Source of the DNA: Mobula hypostoma
Lineage: Eukaryota
Direction: 5' to 3'
Length of the DNA stretch: 64,000 bases
Assembly: GCF_963921235.1 (NCBI RefSeq)
Contig: NC_086108.1
Location: 101,000,001 to 101,064,000, forward strand
Made by a program: the position numbers and the translations under genes
Shown: one piece after another, positions 46,411 through 60,141 of the stretch
Numbering within the stretch: position 1 is the first letter of the stretch
Layout of the letters: the number at the start of each line of letters is the position of its first letter
Notes under the pieces: model-generated
Seen by the model: the letters and a program-made list of their open reading frames with translations, nothing else
Told to the model about the DNA's origin: nothing
Databases searched by the model: none

Positions 46411-49400
46411 ATTCTAACAACGTTCTACAGGACTTTTGAGAGAGTCCTGTCTGGCTGCATCATTGTTTGGTACAGAAACTACAGCCATCGGACTGCAGGA
46501 CCTTACAGACGATAGTAAAAACCACCGAGAGGATCACTGACCCATCTTCCCCTGCCATTTGTGACGGGAACATGACATAAACAAATGGCCTGAAGCGTTG
46601 CTGAGGATCCCACCACCTGTCCCACAATCTCTTTGACCCACTACCATCAGGAAGGAGGTACAGGAGCATCCGGACCTGGACTGCCAGACTGGGAAACAAC
46701 TTCTTCCATCAGACTGTGAGGCTAATGACCATCCTGCCACCACCGAGGTCTCGTCACTAGGACTGCGACCTGTTTATTGTTTACTGCTTTTTTGTGCTGT
46801 CAGTACCTGCATTTTGTATGACTTTTTATTAACTCATTTATGGTAATATTTTGGTTTATGTGCTGTGTGTGATATATATATATATATTTTTTGAGACTGC
46901 AGCTGCTCCAGAGTAATATTGTTTTGTTTGGCTGTATATATGATCAGTCAGCTGACAATGAACTTGAACTTTAAATTTCCCCTGACTCCTAACGCAGGAT
47001 AGCCACTGGCGTGCCTTCTTGGTGATTGAATTAATGTGTTCGGACCATGATAGATCCTCTGTGATGTTGAGACTCAGGAACTTAAAGCTGCTCACCCTTT
47101 TCTCCACTAACCATGTAATGAGGGCTGGTGTCTGTTCTCCTGACTTCCCCTTCCCGAAGTCCAAAATCAATTCCTTGGTCTTGTTCATATTGAGTGTGAG
47201 GTTGTTGTGACACCCCTCAGCCAGCTGATCTGCGTTACCCCTGTACACCACCTCGTTGTCATCTGTGATTTTAACAACAAAAATGGTGTCTTTGGAGAAT
47301 TCATAGATGGCAGTTGAGCTATGCTTAGCCACACTGTCATGACTATAGAGGACATAAAACAGTGGACCAAGCACACATCCCTGTCAGTGGGGAGGAGATG
47401 CTATCACCATATTGTACTGGCTGGTCTCCCAATGAGAACACCAAAAATACAATTATAGAGGGAGATACAGATGTTGAGGTTTAGAAGCTAGGTGATTAAT
47501 ACTGAGGGGATAATGGTATAACACTTCAAACTGCGATTGATAAACAGCAGCCTGATGTGTGTGTTGATGCTGTCCTGGTGCTCCAAAGCAGAGTGGAGAG
47601 CCAGTGAGATTACATCTTCTGTAGACCTGTTACTGCAGGAGGTGAATTGATGAATGTCTTGGTCCTTGCTCAGGCAGGAGTTAGTCGTAGCCATAACCAA
47701 CCTCTCAAAGCACTTCATTATGATAGATGTGAGTGCTGCTGGTCAACAGTCATTGAGGAACATTTTCTAAAAAATTAACATGAGGTGGCTTTCATAAGGA
47801 ATGGAAAAATTTGAAATTCTATCTTGCTTCTGTGGTGTTACATCCGAAATGTCTGTTATCAGATGATCTGTCCCGTGAGCAGTATGTTAGTGTCATCACA
47901 AAGAAGCCACATCAGCACCTCCACTTTCTAGAAGTTTGACCAGGGCAGTAACTTTACTTCGAGAACGTTCCAGGGGATAGTTAGAGAATTGGAAGCTAAG
48001 CACATGGTGCCATCTACATATCACACAAAGTCCAAGGGAGCCTTGGAATGGTTCAACTCAACTCCTAGGACTATGATTAAAACACATTGTGTGAGAAATA
48101 GGAAGAACTGGGATGAGGGGGTTCCCCCCTCTTATTTATTGTTGGAGATTCGATTCAGAAGGCATTGGAGGAGGGTAGTTTGTTGGAACCTGTATTCAGT
48201 TACAGGCAATTGGACCTTTGACCCTACTCAGAGAACTATGGTCTGATTTGGAAATATGTGTCAGTGTGTTTAAGTGTGTTTTAAAGTTCTGGAAGAGATT
48301 TAGTGAGCTTTGTGACTGTGCCAAGGGAAGTTTACAAAATGGTCGAATATAAATAAAACATTTTTTTGCTAGAATTGCAGCTGGGAGAATTGTTATGGAA
48401 CAAAATGGAGTCATGGAATCTGATAATGGATTGGAAAAATATGTTTACCCACTGAATCTAGTCTTACCAAGATGTCAGAATTCCATTGTTTTAAAAAATA
48501 TTACTGATAAAGTCCATCAGTTGGACCCTAAACTGCAAAAACAAGTGAAAGGACTAATTAACAATTTGAAATGGTGCACAGGTGCAGTGCATCACGTCAT
48601 TATAAATTCAGCCCAGCCCATGAAACAGCATCTTCACAGAATGAACTTTGAGTAAAGTAAAATGGTTGAAGAAGAAATTAGAAACAAGAAAGGACATGGA
48701 AAGAGGATGGATGACTGTATTGATAAAGTGGGGAAGACTAAATACCTTACAAAGATTGACTTTTTAAAAGGATACTGGGGTGTTCCTTTGACAGAGAGGG
48801 CAAAAGATGTGTCAGCATTTGTTATACCGTCTAGACTGTATAAGTACAATGTTTTACACTTCGGGATGAAAAATGCACCAGGGACATTTCAAGGAATGAT
48901 CAATTCTGTGATTGGAGGTTGAGAAAGCACAGGGGTTTATATCAATGATTTAGTGGTCTGGAATGACATGTGGGAAGAGCATATAGCAGCTATAGAAAAA
49001 CTGTATGACAGACTTTCCAAGGCCACTCTTACTGTGAACTTTGCTAAAAGTGAGTTTGGCCAAGCCACAGTTACATATCCGGGTTATGTAGTAGGCCAGG
49101 GCCAAACTATTGCTGAGGTTCCTGTTCCGGCCTGCCAGAACATTTTGAGAAGGTTTTTAGGAATGGTTAGGTTTTATCATAAGTTTTGTAAGAACTTTGC
49201 TGACATCGCTCTCCCCGTAACAAAACTCCTGGGGAAGAGTGAAAGATTTGTATGGAATGACCTTTGCCAGGAGGCATTTGAATGTCTGAAAACTGTCCTG
49301 TGTTATCATCCTGTGCTCAAAGTACCTGATTTTTCAAAGCCATTTTCTATAGCAACAGACGCTAGTGATGAAGCTGCTGGGGCAGTACTGTTAAAGAAGA

Positions 49401-49700
49401 AGTGATTGACATTGAACATCCAGTAGTTTATTTCTCAAAGAACTTTAATGTAGAGCAGAAAAATTATTCAACTGTTGAAAAGGAATTATTAGCACTTATT
49501 CTGATCTTACAACATTTTGAGGTCTATGTGCAGGGGCCTCGAAACCTTTCTGTTGCCCAGAGACCACTTGATAGATTATAATCCGTTGGTGTTTCTAACT
49601 AAGATAAAGGATAAGAATAGAATGTTGTTAAATTGGAGACTGATATTGCAAGAATTTGATCTGACAAACAGACATGTGAAAGATACTGACAATATTATAG

Positions 49701-51275
49701 AAACATAGAAACATAGAAAATAGGTGCAGGAGTAGGCCATTCGGCCCTTCGAGCCTGCACCGCCATTTATTATGATCATGGCTGATCATCCAACTCAGAA
49801 CCCAGCCTTCCCTCCATACCCCCTGACCCCTGTAGCCACAAGGGCCATATCTAACTTCCTTTTAAACATAGCTAATGAACTGGCCTCAACAGTTTGCTGT
49901 GGCAGAGAATTCCACAGATTCACCACTCTCTGTGTGAAGAAGTTTTTCCTAACCTCGGTCCTAAAAGGCTTCCCCTCTATCCTCAAACTGTGACCCCTCG
50001 TTCTAGACCTCCCCAACATCGGGAACAATCTTCCCGCATCTAGCCTGTCCAATCCCTTTAGGATCTTATACGTTTCAATCAGATCCCCCCTCAATCTTCT
50101 AAATTCCAACGAGTACAAGCCCAGTTCATCCAGTCTTTCTTCATATGAAAGACCTGCCATCCCAGGAATCAATCTGGTGAACCTTCTTTGTACTCCCTCT
50201 ATGGCAAAGATGTCTTTCCTCAGATTAGGGGACCAAAACTGCACACAATACTCCAGGTGTGGTCTCACCAAGGCCTTGTACAACTGCAGTAGTACCTCCC
50301 TGCTCCTGTACTCGAATCCTCTCGCTATAAATGCCAGCATACCGTTTGCCTTTTTCACCGCCTGCTGTACCTGCATGCCCACTTTCAATGACTGGTGTAT
50401 AATGACACCCAGGTCTCGTTGCACCTCCCCTTTTCCTAATCGGCCACCATTCAGATAATAATCTGTTTTCCTATTTTTGCCACCAAAGTGGATAACTTCA
50501 CATTTATCCACATTAAATTGCATCTGCCATGAGTTTGCCCACTCACCCAACCTATCCAAGTCACCCTGCATCCTCTTAGCATCCTCCTCACTGCTAACAC
50601 TGCCACCCAGCTTTGTGTCATCCGCAAACTTGGAGATGCTGCATTTAATTCCCTCATCCAAGTCATTAATATATATTGTAAACAACTGGGGTCCCAGCAC
50701 TGAGCCTTGCGGTACCCCACTAGTCACCGCCTGCCATTCTGAAAAGGTCCCGTTTATTCTCACTCTTTGCTTCCTGTCTGCTAACCAATTCTCCACCCAC
50801 ACCAATACCTTACCCCCAATACCGTGTGCTTTAAGTTTGCACACTAATCTCCTGTGTGGGACCTTGTCAAAAGCCTTTTGAAAATCCAAATATACCACAT
50901 CCACTGGTTCTCCCCTATCCACTCTACTAGTTACATCCTCAAAAAATTCTATGAGATTCGTCAGACATGATTTTCCTTTCACAAATCCATGCTGACTTTG
51001 TCCGATCATTTCACCGCTTTCCAAATGTGCTGTTATCACATCCTTGATAACTGACTCCAGCAGTTTCCCCACCACTGACGTTAGGCTAACCGGCCTATAA
51101 TTCCCCGGTTTCTCTCTCCCTCCTTTTTTAAAAAGTGGGGTTACATTAGCCACCCTCTAATCCTCAGGAACTAGTCCAGAATCTAACGAGTTTTGAAAAA
51201 TTATCACTAATGCATCCACTATTTCTTGGGCCACTTCCTTAAGCACTCTGGGATGCAGACCATCTGGCCCTGGGG
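49701..51275 (-). mobile_element. Young CR1 LINE, 5'-truncated
   Basis: 452-aa RT ORF 49795-51153; TSD attatag at 49694-49700 / 51276-51282, whose removal restores the host DNIIAD. Confidence 0.95.
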
Positions 51276-51529
51276 ATTATAGCTGATTAGTTATCCAATA
51301 TTAAGCTGGAAATTGTATACATTTTTGCTCTGTCATCTGATGATTTTACCTTTATTGTTTCAAACTCTGTAATTTACATTTAGATAAAAAAAATCTTCAT
51401 CAAATTTTTTTTCTGAAGAAAGGGGGTGTGACGGGATCCTGAATTATCCCATGAACTGTGCTCGTTTACCCCTATTAACTGTGCTTTTAAAGAGAGAGAG
51501 AGTTATTTAACATCGATATCTTTTTTTGA

Positions 51530-51597
<68 letters not shown>
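51530..51597. repeat. (GA)n microsatellite in the LTR
   Basis: Visible GA run. Confidence 0.95.
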
Positions 51598-51600
<3 letters not shown>

Positions 51601-54600
51601 AAGACTAACTGTTGGACTGTCACTTTAAGGCACTGGAAGTAACTTTTGGATTTCAGCTGAGTTGGAGAGAGAGATGGCACCAAGTAGCTTGTAAGTTGCT
51701 CTGGTAACGGAGGGTGGTTATCTAATGGACAATTGATGTCATGATTTTTTCGGCAGCGTCTTGATACTTCCCAAGGACATGGCATGCTTGTACATTTCTT
51801 ACACAGACAAAGGAAGGAGGAGTTATTTGAGTGACCGTTGATGCTCAGCACGGGAAGATAAAATGGAAGGTCAGGTGATAGACCTCAGATACATATTTTG
51901 GACACTGAATGAGTATTGTTGTGCCCACAGGAAAAAGTGGGTTTTGGAGGATTGATCAGCCGGATTGATCAGTCGCTCTTGTAGTGAAAAGGAAAGGTGT
52001 TGACTGGTGGGGAGTTGTCCACGTGTCCACCCCCGCCTGGGTAATAGCTCCACCACAGAAAACCGGTCCCCTTTGTTAAAGTCACAGTCGGTGACTTCTG
52101 AAGGATTTCGAAGGACAATGAGAAGATTGACAGCCTCAGCTCATCTGAAGACTCAAATCTCTCCCTCTCTCTCTCTCTCCATCACTACTCAACACAATAC
52201 CACGAACTGAACCAAACTGAACTTTACTCATCATCGTAAGACAGTATCTTTTTACCCTTTGACTTGAAAAAGCTTGGTTTTCATATATATTTCCACACTT
52301 ACTGATAAACTCAGTTATATATATAATCATTGCTAACCTGTTTGATTTATCTACATTTATATTACTGTATTGCATAGTTACTAATAAATATTATTAGTTT
52401 ATTAGCAATACTGGACTCCAAAGTGTTTTTGATCCCTGCTGGTGCTTTATTCCTGTCACGGGGTACGTAACAACAGATATACGATGGAGAGTATCCTAAT
52501 AGGTTGTGTCATAGTCTTGTATGGAAACACCAATGACCAGGAATGGAAAAGTCTAAAGAAGTGGTGGATACAGCCCAGTCTATCACATGCAAAGCCCTCC
52601 CTACCAATGAGTACATTTTCATGGAACTTTGGCTCAAGGACCCTACCACAGATGCCGGAATCTGAAGCAACACACTATCTGTAGGGAGGAAAGGAATTAT
52701 TGACTTCTTGGGCCGTAGACCCGGCATCAGAACTATTCTGAGTCTCTACCACCTAGTCTGACTGCACCATCACTGAATACGTTGGGGGGTATCCTCAATG
52801 AGAAGATGGGACTCTGTCTCCACAAGGATTGTGTACCGTCTACTTCACCCTCTCTCATGGCCTGATGCATCTCCAACAAGTTGTTAGATGAACCTTATCG
52901 AGGAAGCTTATCTTTCACAAATGCTTACTCATTACCTGATCCAGACACCTCCAAGATGACCACAGACTTGTCGAAGTTTAGAGGTTTGTGTGCCTCAAGG
53001 ACCCACAGAACTATGCCGGCTGGATTTACGGCTTTATACTTTGGCTCCTGGAGGGGTCTCCCATGCGAAATAGCTCAAAGGGTAGAGGACAGACTAAGAG
53101 TGGTCTACCTGGACTCCAGGTTCAGGGATTCAGCTCAGGGCGAACAACCCTGACTGAAAAAACAAATTTGTTACAGATACGGCAATGAAGAATCTTCCTA
53201 CATCTGAGTGTGATGATATTCCTGAGTCTCCACAGGGGACTTGCATGACAGACAGTAGTGAAAACAGAGAGGAAGCTGTTGCCGTGATGGAGTCCCTGAA
53301 CACCTCCAGAGATGGACAACTTTCACTGCTGCCCTAAATGCCAGCGGCATAGGGAGTAGCAAGCAAGCAAGGGATGCAAACCAAGTCTGGCAGCTACGTC
53401 TATAGAGTTTAGTCAGTCCATTTAGCATGGCCTGCGATGATCATATACATTCTAACAAGATTATCTTCATTCTTTTAAACCTAAGAAATACAGGTTTAAT
53501 TTTGTTATCTGGTTGTGATGTAAAACGCACCATTCAAGGAACTAGTTCTGTGAAAATTATCTGGACTTCTTCCAGGGCTAGCGTAACCTTTCTTAAATAA
53601 GGAACCAAAACTTTGTGTGGTACTTCGAGTGTAACCACACCAACTCCATGTAAATGATCTATTTTTAAACTCCTTGCAAGAAAGGCCAAAGTGGTCTCTG
53701 TTTTGTCTGATAATGTTTGTGTTTCATGCACAAGAGTATTCAGGTGCCCCTGTATTCTACTCATTTATAATGTCTTTCCACTTAGATAGATATTTTCCAT
53801 GGGAAAAATTCCTATACACCCCAGCTTAACAATCTCCACTTGTCAAGTTTTCACCCACTCACCCTATTTATTTAGAACCTGCTGCAGAGATGGTCATAGA
53901 CAAGTACCTCACAGGAACAGGCCTTTTGGCCCATCTAGTCCATGCTGAACCAGTTAAGCTGTCTAGTCCCATCAACCTGCACCGGGATCATCGCCCTCCA
54001 TACATTTAACATCTATGTCCCTATCCAAACTTCTCTTCAATGTTGAAATTGAGCTCACGTGCATCACTTGGGCAGGCAGATCGTGCCACACGCTGACAGT
54101 CCTTTGAGTGAAGAAGTTTCCCCTCATGTTCCCCTTAAACCTTTTACCTTTCACCTTTAACCAATGACCTCTAGTTGCAGTTCCATCCAAGCTCAGTGGA
54201 CAAAGCCTACTTGCACTTACCCTATCTATATCGGTCAGAACTGAAGAAAAATTGCAGTATGGGTTTCTACCTATCTTTATGTCGTAGACAAATACAGATA
54301 CCAAATGGAGACGCAAAAGGCTACAGATGCTGAAATCTGGATAAACTCAGTGGGTCAGGCTTAATGTATGGTCACCTTACACTCTGCCCCTTTCACTAGC
54401 TCATTGAAACAGATGGTAAATGATTGAGGGCCAAGAAATAATCCTTTGCATTCCACTTGTTACAACCTGCTAACCTGAAAGGACTCATTTATTCTGACGG
54501 GTATGGCAACTGCTCTGCTCTGAACTGTCAGAATCTGCAGAGGGGTAAACACTGCCATCATCCCCAATGTTCCCGCTAAGTTGTGCATGCACACATCTTT

Positions 54601-55439
54601 TGTTACTAGCGCACAAAGCAATTGAAACTACGCACAAAAGTTTGTTACCTTCTACCTCGTTGGCATGTTAAGTATATTTCCCGATCGTACACAGTCATAT
54701 TTCCATTTCTGGTTTCTGATGCAGACAGTGTGGACAATGTGGAGTCTGCGATGATTTGTCTGAAGATTTTCAATCTGTCTTATTTATACTGTTTTTGTTG
54801 AAGAAATTATTGATTCACTTTGTCAAAATTTCAAAGAAGCAAAGGGTGGGAAGGGAAAAAGAACTGCTAGTTCCTTGAAAGCGGAAAGGCTTAATGACCA
54901 TTGCAAACAGCTTTAATAACATAAAAAGGTTGATATTATTACACACTGTATATGAGAAATAAGACTCATTGTTGTGTATGATTTTGTTTCTTGTAAACAA
55001 TGAACAACTAACTGGACTTGGTAGTTTATTATCCTTAGAATACCTTCAAGTTTACTTCCACTTAAAAATTCAATGCACATGTTGTTGTCACTGAACAAAA
55101 AATTGCACAGCACAAGATTTTTGTACACTCTGGTCGTTACAAATTTATGAGAACATTGCTTCAGGAAGGTTAACAGTAATTGTCAAAGGTGCTGGTCACA
55201 CTGGTCATTCCCTTTCATTGATTCTTTCATTGTGGTCTTTCACTGATTCTGTTATACTTCTTGGATGTATTGAGTATGCCTACAAGATTTTGGGCTGAGA
55301 CCTTTCATCAAGTCCTGATGAAGGGACTCAGCCTGAAATGTCAACTGTCTATATTCCTTCCTGAGTTCCCCTAGTGTCTTTGTGTCTTGCTTCCTTCCCA
55401 GTAATGCTGCCACATTCTTGGCCCTAATTCTATCTCTTC

Positions 55440-55735
55440 TGTTTCTTGTGAGACCATGGATCTGCGCCTGGAAAATCTTCACTCTCCAGGGCGCAGGCCT
55501 GGGCAAGGTTATATGGAAGACCAGCAGTTGCCCATGCTGCAAGTCTCCCCTCTCCACGCCACCAATTTTGTCCAAGGGAAGGGGATTAGGACCCATACAG
55601 CTTGGCACCAGTGTCGTCACAGAGCAATGTGTGATTAAGTGCCTTGCTCAAGGACAGAACAGGTTGCCTCGGCTGGGGCTTGAACTCACAACCTTCTGGT
55701 TGCTAGTCCAGAGCCTTAACCACTTGGCCACATGT
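55440..55735 (-). mobile_element. tRNA-derived SINE, copy B only
   Basis: Minus strand gtggccaagtggttaagg (A box), gagttcaagcc (B box), cttgagcaaggcacttaa core; absent at the equivalent site ~34615. Confidence 0.75.
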
Positions 55736-55914
55736 CCACTTGCTTTTACGTTAATGTGATTTGGAGATTACTTTTCACACTTATTCAGTTTACATAACAG
55801 TACTTTGCACCCTTCCACCGATTTTCAGTTCATTAATCTGCATACAGTGGCCACTTTATTAGGTACGTCTTGTGCTTAATAAAGGAGCCACTGAGTGTAT
55901 GTTTATGGTCTTAG

Positions 55915-57180
55915 ACCATAAGTCCATAACACATAGGAGCAGAATCAGCCCATTGGATTTGCTCCACCATTCCATCACAACTGATCCCAGACCCAACGCA
56001 TCCCCAGACACCTGCGTTCTTGTCATATCCTTTGATGCCCCGATTGATCAGTAAATGATCAACCCCCACCTAAAATATACCAATGGACTTGGCCTCCAAT
56101 GCAGTCTGTGGCAGAGCATTCCACAGATTCACTACTCTCTGGCTAAAAAAATTCCTCCTTACCTCTGTTCTAAAAGGTCACTCCTCACTTTTGAGGCTAT
56201 GCCTTCTAATTCTGGATACCCCCTATCATAGGAAACATCATCTCCACATCCATCCTATTTAGTCCTTTCAATATTCAGTAGGTTTCAATGAGATTCTCCT
56301 ACATTCTTCTAAATTCCGGTGAATACAGGCCAAAAGTTGCCAAATGCTCCTCATATGTTAACCCCTTCATCCTTGGAATCCACCTCATGAACCTCTGCTG
56401 GACTCTCTCCAATGACAAGATATCCTTTCTGAGATATGGGGCCGAAAACTGTTGATAACACTCCAAGTGCAGCCTGACAAGTGTCTTATAAAGCCTCAAC
56501 ATTATCTCCTTGCTTTTATATTCTATTCCCCTTGAAATAAATGCCAACATTGCATCTGCCTTCTTCACCACAGACTCAACCTTTAAATTATAAACACAAA
56601 ATAATCTGCAGATGCTGGCTCAGCACTACCTACCCCTCCACTTTTCTACGTATCATCTGCAAACTTTACCACAAAGCCATCAATTCCATTAATGACAAAC
56701 AATGTGAAAAGTAGCAGTCCCAATATTGACCCCTGAGAAAACTATTTCTCACCGGCAGTTTACCAGAAAAAGCCCCTTTTATTCCCACTCGCTGCCTCCT
56801 GCCTGTCAGCCATTCCTCTATCCATGTCAGTATCTTTCCAGAAATGCAATAGGATTTTATCTTGTTAAGCAGTCTCATGTGTGGCACCTTATCAAATGGC
56901 TTCTGAAAATAAAAGTAAAAGACACCCAAGGCCTTTCCTTTATCCACTCTGCTTGTTATTTCCTTGAAGAACTCTAGTAAATTTGTCAGGCAAGATTTCC
57001 CTTGACAGAACCCTTGCTGTCTTTGATTTATTTTAACATTAGTCTTCAAGTATGTTGAAACCACATCCTTCATAATAGACTCCAACACTTTCCCAACCAC
57101 TGAGGTTAGGCTAACTGGCCTATAATTTCCTTTCTTTTGCCTTCCTTCCTTCTTAGAGAGTGGAGGTGACATTTGCAATT
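55915..57180 (-). mobile_element. Decayed CR1 fragments
   Basis: GNYRPVSLTS, KSCLTNLLEFF, FDKVPH, YKTLVRLHLE. Confidence 0.8.
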
Positions 57181-58609
57181 TTGTATGTCCTTTGATGTTC
57201 TGCTCCCAAGTATGGCCTTCTTTCAGCTACGACTCAGTGATGCTCACAACCTCGTACTGACCAATCTCTAATGGCGGTATGAGTTCGTCCATCTTATGCC
57301 AAATTCTACGCGCATTTAAATTCAGCACCTTTAGTCCTGCATTCTTTGCCCTTTTTAATTTTGCTTCTGTGGTTCAATTTCACTCTTTTTTTCTGTCTGC
57401 ATTTGTACCCAGTCATTGGCTTGTCCTTCCTTACATTCGTGTTACACCCATCATATATTCGTAAACCTGCTGGTGCATCCTCAGCTCTATCATACTGGTT
57501 CCCATCCTTCTGCCATATCAGTTCAAATCACTCCCAACAGCTCTGGTAAACCTGCCCACAAGAATGTTTTGTGGGCCGCAGGGCCTGTATTGTGCTGTAG
57601 GTTTTTTGTGTAATATTGGTCCCCCTCGGAAGCAAGTGCAACTCATCCTTTTGTGCAGGTGCCATCTGTCCCAATTATCCAGAAATCTGAATCCCTGCTC
57701 TCTGCTCCAATTCTTCAGCCATGCATCTATCTGCTGCTGTTTCCCATTTACTTCAGGGTTCGACATGTGTATTCAGAGATGCCTTGTCTGCACACTGCTG
57801 TGAACTCTAGTGTCCGTTGTGCTGATATGAACGTCTTATCATATTATGGGCGTATTATGCCTCTGTGCCTGTACACACTGAAATTTAGAGGAATAATTGG
57901 GGATGGGGAGGCGGGGGGGGGATCTCTTTAAAATCTATCAAATAGTGAAAGGTCGAGACGGAGTGGATGCTTCCTATTCTGGAGGAGTCTAGCCTAAGAG
58001 GATACAATCTCAGAATAGAGCGATGTTCATTTAAAACAGAGATCAGGAGGAATTTCTTTCACAGAGTGTGGTGAATCTGTGGAATTCATTACCATAGGCA
58101 GCGGTGGATGGCAGGTCATTGGGTGTATTTAAGGTGGAGGCTGATTGATACTTAAGTTAGGGCGTGAAAGGTTACAGGGAGAAGGCAAGAAAATAAGGTG
58201 GAGAGTGAAATGCATCAGCCACGATGAAATAGCGGAGCAGATACAAAGGCCCAACTAGACCAATTCTGCTCTATGTCTTTATGGCTTAAAATCCCAGAGG
58301 AACAGCAGTTTCTGATATACTCAAACTATCCTGTCTGGCACCAACAATAATTCTGCTGAGATCAAATTCACTACGATCACATTTTTTCCCCAGTCTGATG
58401 TTTGGTATGAACAACTGAATTTCTTGATCATGTCTGCATGCTTTTCTGCACTGAATGGCTGCCATATAATTCAATAATTAGATATTTGTATTGAATAATA
58501 AGTGTACAGGTGCACCTAATAAAGTGGCCACTGAGTGTACTTATTGTTGTACTCATTATTACCATGTACTCTGTTTACCTTGTTACCGTCACACAATGTA
58601 TTTCATTGC

Positions 58610-59080
58610 ACCCTGGTGTCAATGACAATAAAGCGTTCTGCCCCTGGTGTACATGACAGTAAATCATTCTGACCCTGGTATGAATGACAATAAATCATTC
58701 TGCCCCTGGTGTACATGACAATAAAGCAATCTGAGCCTGGTATCAATGACAATAAAGCATTCTACCCCTGGTGTACATGACAATAAAGCATTCTGACCCT
58801 GGTATCAATAACAATAAAGCATTCTCACCCTGGTGTACAAGACAATAAAGCATTCTGACCCTGGTATCAGTGACAATAAATCATTCTGACCCTGGTGTAC
58901 ATGACAAGAAAGCAATCTGAGCCTGGTATCAATGACAATAAAGCATTCTCACCCTAGTATCAATGACAATAAAGCATTCTCACCCTGGTGTACATGACAA
59001 TAAATCATTCTGACCCTGGTGTACATGACAATAAATCATTCTGACCCTGGTGTACATGACAATAAAACAATCTGAATCTG
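58610..59080 (+). repeat. 31-bp tandem repeat, roughly 15 copies, most containing AATAAA
   Basis: Unit ccctggtgtacatgacaataaagcattctga and variant ccctggtatcaatgac...; ends in aatctgaatctg. Confidence 0.95.
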
Positions 59081-59240
59081 ATTCACCCCTTTCTTCTGTG
59101 TACCTGAATTCTTCAATCCATGTCAACATAGTTCCACCAATACTTTAAAGTTTCTCTACACCAGACTTCTATGTAGCATTAAATATTTATCAATAGTCAT
59201 TTTAACCACACAAAGGAGACAAAATTTTCAATGGAAATAT

Positions 59241-59246
59241 TTTATT
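59241..59246 (-). terminator. Candidate poly(A) signal of the CLCA gene
   Basis: AATAAA on -, ~900 nt after the stop, with U/GU-rich sequence downstream (ttttgtctcctttgtgtgg). Confidence 0.5.
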
Positions 59247-60141
59247 AGTGCATAGCAAAGGGAAATGCTACAAAATTAGTCCATTTTACATATTGTCCAT
59301 TTCAAATACATGGTTGAGCGAGCTAGGGTTTTTCGGTGAGAGGTGACTTGATGAAGCTGTGTAAGATAAGAGCCATTGGCAGAGTAGAGAGCTAGCACTT
59401 TTTTGTCCCCCAGGGTAGAAAAGGCTAATCCAAGATGGTGTAATTTTCAAGTGATTGGTGGAATGTATCAGGAATATACAGCGGTACTTTTTTTTTACAC
59501 GAAGAGTGGTGTGCGTGTGTGTGTGTGTGCGTGTGTGTGCGTGGATTGCCCTGCTAGGCATGGTGATAGAGCCAGATACATTAGACCAGGGGTTCCTAGC
59601 CTGGAGTCCAAGGATCCCATAGTTAATGGTAGGGGTCCATGGCATAAAAAAAGTAGGAAACATTTAACAGACTCTTAGATATGTATATGAATAAAAGAAA
59701 CATGGAGGGCTTTGTGGGAGAGATGTGATAGATTGATTTTGGAGTAGGTGAAAAGTCCGGTTCAGGTTTGTAGCTCAGTGGCCTGTACTGTGCTGTATTG
59801 TTCTATGTTCTACATTCTATATCTGTATTGGATACACGAATTTGCTGAGATTCAAAGAGCTGGGAACCTTGGCTCAAGCACCCAGGAGTATAACCAGTAC
59901 AAATCAGTTTAAAGCCTGGAGAATTAACAAATAGTCATTGAGGGTGAACTTTGCACGGGTATTCTCCCAATCGCTATAATCCTGGAATATCAATCATATA
60001 TTGGAAAACTGACTTTGGATCATAATCTGATCTTCCCCCTTCTAACTCAGTCCCTAAAATGAAACCCAGTTAAGAAACCCAATTGCTCAGATCTAGGCAA
60101 TTTTAATTGCAAGCAACTTCATCATTCCCTTTGTAAAATTC

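Larger units (their letters stand above)
47938..52472 (+). mobile_element. Second Gmr1-like gypsy element, 5' half missing (IN core, RT, RNase H, PPT, 3' LTR 51427-52472)
   Basis: DQGSNFTS..YHTKSKGALE (integrase) precedes KIDFLKGYW..FGMKNAPGTFQ (RT) and ATDASDEAAGAVL..DNIIAD (RNase H); PPT aagaaaggggg; LTR tgtgac...gtaaca. Absent from copy A. Confidence 0.9.
45085..58425 (+). repeat. Tandem segmental duplication, copy B
   Basis: Colinear with copy A. Begins in Rex1 RT sequence directly after copy A's truncated Tc1 piece. Confidence 0.85.
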
